This document shows, piece by piece, positions 54,183 through 64,000 of a stretch of DNA of 64,000 nt (position 1 is the first letter of the stretch; the number at the start of each line of letters is the position of its first letter). The translations under genes and the position numbers were made by a program. Below the pieces are notes generated by a model that was not told where the DNA came from, did no database searches, and saw nothing but the letters and a program-made list of their open reading frames with translations. The DNA comes from the human T2T-CHM13v2.0 reference genome, Homo sapiens: the NCBI RefSeq assembly GCF_009914755.1, contig NC_060927.1; one strand, given 5' to 3'.

Positions 54183-54768
54183 TTTTTTTCAACTTTTATT
54201 TTAGATTCAGGGGTACATGCATAGGTTTGTTATGTAGGTAAATTGTGTATCACAAGGGCTTGGTGTACAGATTATTTCATCACCTAGGTAATAAACATAG
54301 TACCTGATAGGTAGGTGTTAGGCGTTTTTTGTTTTGTTTTGTTTTGTTTTGAGACAGAGTCTCGCTCTGTCGCCCAGGCTGGCAGCCTCCCTAGTAGCTG
54401 GGACTACAGGCACCTGCCACCACGCCTAGCTAATTTTTTGTATTTTTTTAGTAGAGACGGGGTTTCACTGTGTTAGCCAGGTCTCCATCTCCTGACCTCG
54501 TGATCTGCCTGCCTCGGCATCCCAAAGTGCTGGGATTACAGGTATGAGCCACGGCGCCTGGCCCTGATAGGTAGTTTTTTATTCTTACCATCCTCCCATC
54601 CTCCACCATCAAGTAGAGCTTGATGTCTCTTCCCCTCTTTGTGTCCATGGGTACTCAATGTTTAGCTCCCACTTATAAGTCAAAAAATGCAGTATTTGGT
54701 TTTCTGTTCCTGTGTTAGTTCGCTTAGAATAAATAGCCTCCACCTCCATCTATATTGCTGAAAGGACA
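54183..54768 (-). mobile_element. Short L1PA15/16-like 3' end
   Basis: caacttttattttagattcaggggtacatg; tacttttt on both sides. Confidence 0.75.
54325..54563 (-). mobile_element. AluY-like with an internal deletion of about 65 bp
   Basis: cccaggctgg joined directly to cagcctccc; TSD ctgataggtag at 54304-54314 and 54564-54574. Confidence 0.88.
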
Positions 54769-54818
54769 TACTTTTTAAAAATTGGGTTATCTGTCTACTG
54801 TTGTTGAGTTGTAAGATA

Positions 54819-55125
54819 ATTTATTTATTTATTTATTTATTTCTGAGACGGAGTCTCGCTCTGTCGCCCAGGCTGGAGTGCAGTGGCGCTATCTCGGCTT
54901 ACTTCAAGCTCCGCCTCCCAGGTTCACGCCATTCTCCTGCCTCAGCCTCCTGAGTAGCTGGGACTACAGGCGCCCGCCACCACACCCGGCTAATTTTTTG
55001 TATTTTTAGTAGAGACGGGGCTTCACTGTGTTAGCCAGGATGGTCTAGATCTCCTGACCTCGTGATCCGCCCGCCTCGTTCTCCCAAAGTGCTGGCATTA
55101 CAGGCATGAGCCGTTGTGCCCAGCC
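54819..55125 (-). mobile_element. AluY
   Basis: caagctccgcctcccaggttcacgcc; many CpGs retained. Confidence 0.93.
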
Positions 55126-56420
55126 AAGAATTCATTATAAATTCTGAATACTAAGCCCTTATCAGATACATGATTTACAAATATTTTCTCCCATTCTGTG
55201 GGTTGTCTGTTTATATTCCTGATAGTGTCCTTTGGTAAACAAGTTTTTGATTTTTTTATGTAAAAATATTTTAAATTCATAATGTGACACAAAATGACTT
55301 TTACTATTTCCTTATGAGTTTTATATTATATTATGATAAACCTTCAAAGGAATCCTTGAGAATTTACATGCGTGGAGAATTTGTTTTCCCCTACTCATTA
55401 AAGTGGAGCCAATCCTCCATATGGTACAGAGAGGTAGCACATCACTCCTAAAATTTACTTGTACCACTTAAACAGTTTTTAATTTTGATGAAGTCCACTT
55501 TATCTGTTCTTCCTTTGGTTTCCCTTTCCTCCTGCCCCCGGCTTAAGATGTCATTTTGAAGAAGCCATTGCCTGGTACAGGAAGATTTATACTTACATGT
55601 TCTTCTAAAATGTTTAGGGTTTTATTTATTACATTTAAATCACTAAGCCATATTAATATAATTTTGTATATGGTCTGAGGTAGGTATCTAACTTCACTTA
55701 TTTGCTTAGGAATATTCAGTTCTAACAACACCATTTGCTGAAAAGATGTTTTCTTACCCATGGAATTGTCTTGACACTTTTATCAAAAATCAGTTGAGCA
55801 TAGAAGTATGGGTATATTTCCATTTCAGTGATCTGTATGTTTTTCCTTAAAACAGTGCCATACTCTCTCAATGACTGTAGCCTTATAGTAAGTTCTGAAA
55901 TTGTAATTGTGAATCTTCCAACATCTTACTTTTCACGATTGTTTGGACTATGTTGGGTCCTTTGAATTTCCATATGAATTTTAGATTCAGTTTGTCAAAT
56001 CTATAAAAAAAAACTGGAATTTTTATAAGGATTGCATTTGAATCTATAGATCAAATTGCAGAATATTGACATTTTAATATTAAGTTATTTAACCAATGAA
56101 GGAATGTCTTTCCATTTACTTAGATCTACTTTAATTTATTTCATAATAAAAACACAATGTTTTATTACATTGTACATGTGTTACAAAAAAAAAAAGTAAT
56201 GTTTTGTAGTTTCTGGGTATGGTTGGATTCTTTAAATTTACTCCTATGCATTTTATTCTATTTTATGGTGTTGTAATTGGATTTTTTTTATCAATTTCTT
56301 TTTCAGAATAGTTAATGCTAATGTACAGAAATATAAATGATTTTTGTATGTCTTGTATTCTGCCACCTGGCTGAACTCATATCAGCTTTAATAATTTTTT
56401 GGGTTTCTTAGGATTTTCTC

Positions 56421-56600
56421 TTTTTTTCCCGTTTTTTTTTTTTTGAGTTGGGTTTCACTGTGCTGCCCAGGCTGGAATGCAATGGCTATTCACAGGCATG
56501 ATCATAGCACACTACAGCCTTGAACTCCTGGGCTCAAGCGACCCTCCTGTCTCAGCCTCCTGAGTAGCTGGAACTACAAGTATGTGCCACCATCCCCAGC
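56421..56600 (-). mobile_element. FAM (fossil Alu monomer)
   Basis: Monomer retaining the 7SL-derived ggctattcacaggcatgatcatagc segment; degenerate TSD taggattttct / tatgattttct. Confidence 0.8.
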
Positions 56601-56886
56601 TATGATTTTCTATATACAAAATCATGTCATCTAAAAATACAGATAATTTTATTTCTTTCTGTCCAATCTGATGACTTATATTTCTTTTCCTTCCCTAATT
56701 GCTATGGCTAGAGCTTTCAGTATGATGCTGCTATGTTGAGAGCTGACATCCTTGTCTTGTTCTTGATTTTAGGGGGAATGCTTTCCATCTTTCACCATTA
56801 AATATGATGTTAGCTCTACATTTTTTGTAGATGACTTTTATCAGTTTAAGGCAGTTTTCTTTGATTCCTAATTTGTTTTGTGTGGG

Positions 56887-57171
56887 TTTTTTTTTTTATA
56901 GTCTCACACTGTCGCCAGGCTGGAGTGCAAATGGCACGATATCGGCTCACTGCAACCTTGGCCCTCAGGTTCACGTGATTCTCCTGCCTCAGCCTCCCAA
57001 GTAGCTGGGATTACAGGCACACACCACCATGCCTGGCTAATTTTTTGCATTTTTAGTAGAGATGGCTTTTCACTATGTTGACCAGGCTGGTCTCGAACTC
57101 CTGACCTTGTGATCTGCCTGCCTTGGCCTCCCAAAGTGCTGGGATTACAGGTGTGAGCCACCACACCCGGA
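56887..57171 (-). mobile_element. AluS
   Basis: Full Alu. Confidence 0.92.
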
Positions 57172-57172
57172 C

Positions 57173-57461
57173 TTTTTTTGAAATTGAGTCTCCCTCTTGT
57201 TGCCCGGTCTGGAGTGCAGTGGTGCAATCTCAGCTCACTGCAACCTCCACCTCCAGAGTTCAAGCAATTCTCTTGCCTTAGCCTCCTGAGTAGCTGGAAT
57301 TACAGATGCCTACCACCACACTTGGCTACTTTTTGTATTTTTAGTAGAGATGGGGTTTCACCATGTTGGCCAGGCTAATCTCGAACTCCTGACCTCAGGT
57401 GATCTGCCCACCTCAGGCACCCAAAGTGCTGGAATTACAGGCGTGAGCCACCGCGCCTGGC
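57173..57461 (-). mobile_element. AluS, tandem with the previous Alu
   Basis: Full Alu. Confidence 0.92.
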
Positions 57462-57907
57462 TGTTTTGTGTTTTTATTATGAAAATATGTTGGATTTTTG
57501 TCAAATATTTTTCTGTGTCTATTGAAATGATCATGAGGTTTTTTTTCTTTATGCTTTTAATGTGGTATATTATATTGATTTTTCATATATTTGAACATAC
57601 CTTACATTCCTGGAATAGATTTCCATTGGTCATGGTGTATAATCCTTGTTATACATTGCTGGTTTCAGTTTGCTATTTTAATTTTTATGATTTTTGCATC
57701 TATATAGATTAGAGACATTGATCTGTAGTCTTCTTCTCTTATAATGTCTTTGCCTAGTTTTAGTATCAGGGTAATACTGGCCTCTTAGAATGAGTTTGGA
57801 AGTGTTCACCCCTTCTTTCTTCAGAAGAGTTTATGAATATTAGTTTTAAATCTTTTTAAAATGTTGGTTAGAATTCACCTTTGAAACAATCCATTCCTGG
57901 GTTGTTT

Positions 57908-57909
57908 TG

Positions 57910-57958
<49 letters not shown>
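57908..57958. repeat. (TG)n microsatellite
   Basis: About 25 TG units with one CG interruption. Confidence 0.97.
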
Positions 57959-57961
<3 letters not shown>

Positions 57962-58509
57962 ATGTTTTAATTTAAATTCATTTCTTGTTATAGCTCTCTT
58001 TAGGCTTTTTATTTTTTCTTGAGTTCACTCTTTCAGTACTTTGTGTTTTTATAGAAATTCCATTCATCTAAGTTATCTAATTTTTGGCATGTGCTTGTCC
58101 ATAGTATCCCCTTCATAATCCTTTCTATTTCTGTAGACCTTGTAGTGTCAACCCCTCTTTCATCCCTAATCCTAGTAATTTGATTCCTCTCTGTTTTCTC
58201 TTGGCCAGTCTAATAAAATTTATCATCTTAAAAATTTCTTCAGAGAAAAATTTTGTGGATTTTTTCTGTTCTCCTCTTTTCTATATTATGTATTTTTGCT
58301 CCAATATTATTTCCTTCCTTGTGAATATTTTGTGTTTACTTTGCACTTCTTTTTTCTGCTTTTTTAAGGTGGAAAGGAACACTACTGGTTTGAGATTTAT
58401 CATTATCTCTTCTTTTTTAATTAGACATTTACAGCTATAAATTTCATCTAAGCTCTGCTTTAACTGCATCTCATATGTTTTGGTATTTTGTGTGTTTTTA
58501 CATTTCAAC

Positions 58510-60980
58510 CTATATTTTAGATTTTAGATACAGGGGATATATGTGCAAGTTTTAGGTATATTGCACCCAGGTAGTGAGCATAGTACCTAATGTGTAGTTT
58601 ACCAAGTCATGCCTCTCTCCCTACTTCCCTCCCTCTAGCAGTCCTTAGTGTCTACTCTTCCCATGTTTATGTCCATGTGTGCTCCATGTTTAGCTCCCAC
58701 TTGTAAGTGAGAATGTGCGGTATTTGGTTTTCTGTTCCTGTGTTAATTTGCTTAGGATTAGGCCCTCCAGCTCCATCTGTGTTGCTGCAAATGACGTAAT
58801 TTCATTCTCTTTTAAAGCTGTGTCACATTTCATGGTGTATATGCATCACATTTTCTTTATCCAGTCCACCACTGATGGGCACCTAGGTTGATTCCAAGTC
58901 TTTGTTGTTGTGAATAGCATGGCAGTTAACGTATGAGTGCATGTGTCTTTTTGGCATAATGATCTGTATTCCTTTGGCTATATACTCAGTAATGGGATTG
59001 CTGGGTTGAATGGTAGGTCTGTTTTACGTTCTTTGAGAAATCTCCAAACTGCTTTCCACAGTAACTGAGCTAATTTACATTCCCACCAACAGTTTATAAG
59101 CATTCCCTTTTCTCCACATCCACTGGTTTTTGACTTGTTAACAATAGCCATTCTGACTTGTGCGAGATGGTATCTCATTGTGGTTTTGAATTGGATTTCT
59201 CTCATGATTAGAGATAATGAGTATTTTTTCATATGTTTGTAGGCCACTTACATATGGCTTCTTTTGAAACATGTCCGTTCATGTCCTTTGCCCAGTTTTT
59301 AATGAGGTTATTTGCATTTTGCTTGATTTGTTAAAATTTCTTATAGATTTTGGATATTAGACCTTTATTGGATACACAGTTTGGAATATTTTCTCCCATT
59401 CTGTAGGTTGTCTGTTTACTCTGTTGATAGTTTCTTTTGCTTTGCAGAAGGTCTTTGGTTTAACTAGGTCCCACTTGTCAATTTTTGGTTTTGTTGCAAT
59501 TGCTTTTGGAGACTTAGACAAAAACTCTTTGCCAAAGCCAATGTCCAGAGTGACATTTCCTAGGTTTTCTTCTAGGATTTTTATAGTTTGAGGTCTTAGA
59601 TTTAAATCTTTAATCCATCATGAGTTAATTTTTTTATATGGTGAAAGATAAGGATCTTGTTTCATTCTTCTGCATATGGCTAGCCAGATACCCCAGCACC
59701 ATTTATTGAATGGGGAGTTCTTTCCCTATTGCTTGTTTTTGTCAGCCTTGTAGATCAGATTCTTACAGTTGTGTGGCTTTATTTCTGAGTTTTCTATTCT
59801 GTTCCTTTGGTCTGTGTGTCTGATTTTGTACCAGTACCATGCTGTTTGCTTACTGTAGCCTTATAGTGTAGTCTGAAGTTGTATAGTGTAATGCCTCAGG
59901 CTTTATTCTTGCTTAGGATTGCATTGGCTATTAAGGCTTTTTTGTTGTTTTTCCATATTGATATGGTTTGGATCTGTGTTCCCACCAAATTTCATGTCCA
60001 ATTATCATTTCCAGTGATTGTGAGTTCTCACAAGATCTGGTTGTTTAAAAGTGTGTAGCACCTCCCCCATCTCTCTCTTGGTCCTGCTCCTGCCATGTAA
60101 GATGGCTAATCCTGCTTTGCCTTCTGACATAAGTAGATACTCCCTATTACTTCCCCAGAAGCAGATGCTGTCATACTCCCTGTACAGCCTGTAGAACTGT
60201 GAGCCAATTAAACCTGTTTTTTTAATGAATTACCCAGTCTCAAGTATTTCTTTTAGCAATGTGATAACAGCCTAATATGCATATGAATTTTAGAAAAGTT
60301 TTTTGGTAGTTTCATAGGAATAGTGTTGAATATGTAAATTTCTTTGGGCAGTATGGCCATTTTAATGATATTGATTCTTCCAATCCAGGAATATGACAAG
60401 GAATATGACGGGTATTTCCATTTATTTGTGTCATCTCCGATTAGTTTCAGCAGTGTTTTGTAGTTCCCCTTGTAGAGATCGTTGACCTCCTTGGTTAGCT
60501 GTATTCCTAGGGATTTAAATTTCTTTGTAGCTGTTGTAAATGGGATTGTTTTTGATTTGACTCTCGGCCTGGATATATTGGTGTATAGAAATGCTACTGA
60601 TTCTTATACATTGATTTTATATCCTGAAACCTTGCTAAAATCATTTATCAGTTCTAGTAGCCTTGTGGCAGTCTTTAGCATTTTCTAAGTACAGAATCAT
60701 ATTATCAGCAAAGAGAGATGGTTTCACTTCTTTTACTACTTGGATGCCTTTTCTTTCTTTCTCTTGCCTGATTGCTCTGGGTAGGACTTCCAGTACTCTG
60801 TTGAATAGGAGTGGTGACAGTGGGCTTCCTTGCCTTATTCCAGTTCTCAAAGGGAATGGTTCTAGCTTTTGCCCATTCAGAATGATGTTGGCTGTGGGTT
60901 TTTCATAGATGGTTCTTATTATCTTTAGATATATTCTTTGGATGCCTAGTCTGTTGAGGATTTTTCATCACGAAGGCATT
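58510..60980 (-). mobile_element. L1PA15/16-like element, 5'-truncated
   Basis: ttttagatacaggggatatatgtgcaag 3' end; ORF2 remnants 58978-59247 and 60641-60850 ([13 protein letters not shown]). Confidence 0.82.
59959..60279 (+). mobile_element. MST (MaLR) solo LTR, internally deleted
   Basis: Starts tgatatggtttggatctgtg; ends agcaatgtgataacagcctaata; 5-bp TSD catat at 59954-59958 and 60280-60284. Confidence 0.88.
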
Positions 60981-61029
60981 TTTCTGCTAAACTTTTGGCT
61001 TTCTTAAAATAATTTCATAAGTAAGCAGA

Positions 61030-61864
61030 TGTTGTCATTCTTTGTCCCTCCAGAAAATCAATAAGCAAAATGCCTTGAGCATTCCAAAAACCTGTGGCCA
61101 TGACCTTTGCTCTTGACTGGTTTGCTTTTGCTTTAACTGGACCCCTTCTGCCTCTTGGTAACTGCTGCTTAGATTGTGTTTTGTCTTCAGGGTTATACTG
61201 GTAAAGCCGTGTTCCATCTCCTATTACAGTTCCTCAAAGACGTGCTCAGGATCTTGATCCCACTCGTTTAACATTTCCATTGAAAGCTCTGCTCTTGTCT
61301 GCAGTGGATCTGGATGCAGTGGTTTTGGTGCCCGTTGAGTGGAAAGTTGCTCAGCTTTAATTTTCCAGTAAGAATGGTGTAAGCTGGATCAATTGATATG
61401 TCCATCATGTTGTTTCTGCTGTTAATCATTTGTCCTCATCAATTAGGGCACAAACAAGATTAATTTTTTCCTTGCATATCTGTGTGGATGGGCTGATGCT
61501 GCAGACTTCATCTTCAACATCATCTTGGCCCTTCTTAAAATTAGTTATCCATTTGCAACCTACTGATTTATTTGGGGCATTGCCCCCATAAACTTTTTGT
61601 AAAGCATCACTGATTTCACCATTCTTTTGCCCAAGCTACCCCATAAATTCGATGTTTGTTCTTGTTTCCATTTTGGCAGAATTCATGTTGCTCTGATAGG
61701 GGCTCTTTTCAAACTGACGTCTTATCCTTCTTAGTACCTCAGACTAGACCCTGTTCAGACATGTTATAACAAGTGTGAGTTTACTTTGGTGTAAAACATT
61801 TTTGAAATCCCTGCATAGTTTTATTATAATATACATTTTCTATGGCCATTTTAAAGACCCCACG
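61030..61864 (-). mobile_element. HSMAR2 mariner transposon, 5' portion with one TIR
   Basis: Degenerate transposase (WLYQY.PEDK.QSKQ..SRAKVMAT..GILL.DFLEGQR-like); TIR cgtggggtctttaaaa next to a TA dinucleotide. Confidence 0.85.
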
Positions 61865-62216
61865 TATGTCTTAAGTAGAACAAATACATCATTATTGCCT
61901 CCACTTGTTCTCTCACATATATACAACTATCCATTGCTCAGGCACTGTATATTATGGGGAAATTTAAATTGATACTATGTTTATAATATTTCTTATTTAG
62001 TTATTGAGGACATCTCTTCACTGAGTCATGTCACTTTTTATTTCTCCCATTTAGGCTTTGTAAATTTTTTTGCATAAATCTGTCCTTGTATATAGCAAAC
62101 AGGGGTCTGTATAAGGTAAGTACTTTGTATAAGTGTACATAGTTAAGGATTAAGGAAGACCTAGAATTCAGACTTGCTTTCTTAATCCAGTGTTTTTTCT
62201 AGTACATCACGTGGCT

Positions 62217-62317
62217 AATATATATAACATATATATGTTATATGTGTGTATATATATATATAACATATATATGTTATGTGTGTGTGTGTGTATGTGTGTG
62301 TGTGTGTATATATATAT
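62217..62317. repeat. Compound (TA)n/(TG)n microsatellite
   Basis: Direct reading. Confidence 0.92.
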
Positions 62318-62676
62318 GTCTTAGCTTGGGCTATTATAACAAAGTACCATAGATTGGGTGGCTGAAACAACAAACATTTATATCTCACAGTTATGGAGGC
62401 TGGCAAGTGTAAGATCAAGGTGCCAAAAGATTGGGTGTCTAGTGAGGATCACTTCCTGGTTCACAGATGATGGCTTCTCACTGTGTCTTCACATGGTGGA
62501 AAGAAGACTAGAGAGCTCTCGGAGATCTCTTATAAGAGCACAAACTCCATTCATGAGGGCTCCACTCTCATGCCTTAATTACCTCTCAGAACTCCTACCA
62601 CCTAATATAAAAATCACAGTGAGGGTTATAATTTCACATATCAATTTTGTGAAACACAAACATTCAATCCGTAACA
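62317..62676 (-). mobile_element. MLT1A-like MaLR solo LTR
   Basis: tgtcttag..ataacaaagtaccatagattgggtggc..tctcacagttatggaggctgg..cattcaatccgtaaca. Confidence 0.85.
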
Positions 62677-63081
62677 CTGTTGCAATATATAACATATATG
62701 TAACTTATTAGCAAATAACAGACATATGTAAATATGTAACTTATTAGCAAATAACAGGTATACATATTTAAATATGAATATAAATATAAATATTTCTGAG
62801 GGCTTATTCTTATTAGTTTTAGAAATAAACTTGATTTATTTTTAATGATTTGGTTAAAAGCATATCTGTTTTACATTTTGGAGAAGAAAATCACATAAAG
62901 TAATGAAACTGCCATTAAACATTTGAAATAATTCTGCTGTGACTTATTGCTGTTAAATACCCTTTTGAAATAAATTCTTTAGTAACTTCCCTTATTTCTT
63001 TTATAATGTTAATATATATTTATATCCATTTTAGTTTTATATTGTAGTTTTCTACTTCTACTTTTTATTGCTCTTCTAAAA

Positions 63082-64000
63082 TTTTTATTTCTATAGATTT
63101 TGGGGGAACAGGTGGTATTTGGTTACATGAGTAAGTTCTTTCATGGTGATTTGTGAGATTTTGGTGCACCCATCACCCAAGCAGTATACACTGAATCCAA
63201 TTTGTAGTCTTTTATCCCTCACCCGTTTCCCCCTCTTTTCCCCCAAATCCCCAAAGTTCATTGTATAATTCTTGTGCCTTTGCATCCTCATAGCTTAGAT
63301 CACACATACGAGTGTGAGCATACAGTGTTTAGTTTTCCATTCTTGAGTAACTTAGAATAATAGTCTCCAATCCCATCCAGGTTGCTGTGAATGCCATTAA
63401 TTCATTCCTTTTTATGGTTGAGTAGTATTCCATCATATATACGTGCCACAGTTTCTTTACCCACTCATTGATTGATGGACATTTAGGCTGGTTCCACATT
63501 TTTACAATTGCGAATTGTGCTGCTATAAACATGTGTGTAACTATCTTTTTCATATAATTTCTTCTTTTCCTCAGGGTAGATACCCAGTAGTGGGATTGCT
63601 GGATCAAATGGTAGTTCTACTTTTAGTTCTTTAAGGAATCTCCACACTGTTTTCTATAGCGGTTGTACTAGTTTTCACTTCCACCAGCAGTGTAGAAGTG
63701 TTCCCTTTTCACTGCATCTATACCAACATCTATTATTTTTTGATTTTTTTGATTATGGCCATTCTTGTGGAAGTAAGGTGGTATCACATTGTGGTTTTGA
63801 TTTGCATTTCCCTGATCATTAGTGATGTGAGTATTTTTTTCGTATGTTTTTTGGCCATTCGTATATCCTCTTTTGAGAATTGTCTGTTCGTATCCTTAGC
63901 CTACTTTTTGATGGGATTGTTTTATCTTTTTTTCTTGCTAATTTGAGTCCCTTGTAGATTCTGGGTATTAGTCCTTTGTCAGATGTATAGATTGTGAAGA
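63082..64000 (-). mobile_element. L1PB1-like 3' end; runs off the window end
   Basis: ggggaacaggtggtatttggttacatgagtaagttcttt; ORF2 C-terminal remnant 63329-63607. Confidence 0.87.

Larger units (their letters stand above)
53250..58507 (-). mobile_element. Old L1MB-like element, fragmented by later insertions
   Basis: 3' end ttgagatataattcacat..aaagtgtacatttcagtggtatttagtatattcaca; degenerate ORF2 ([11 protein letters not shown] at 55098-55292). Confidence 0.75.

Noticed and set aside
62690-62760. Duplicated atatgtaacttattagcaaataacag
   Set aside because: Ordinary local tandem duplication in AT-rich sequence

Overview
Repeat-saturated primate (probably human or ape) genomic DNA. I see no supportable cellular protein-coding gene, RNA gene or prokaryotic-type system; every ORF I could assign derives from a retroelement, a DNA transposon or low-complexity sequence. 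In order: a decayed MER41-type class I ERV (1-5138); a near-full-length L1PB (6498-27900) hosting a 1.4 kb pyrimidine expansion, an L1PA5-like insert, Alus and a two-LTR HERV-I/LTR10 provirus that itself carries a twin-primed L1; about 3.7 kb of unique sequence; a four-level L1 nest (L1M > L1MA > L1PA7/8 > full-length L1PA4); then L1MB, L1PA15/16, FAM, MST, HSMAR2, MLT1 and L1PB1 remnants. The most unusual signal is that three neighbouring young L1PA copies with different 3' UTR types share non-consensus changes in a patchwork, including two inactivating ones (FADD>FADH and a Trp>TGA stop). This suggests local ectopic gene conversion. Subfamily names and consensus comparisons are from recall, not from a database search.
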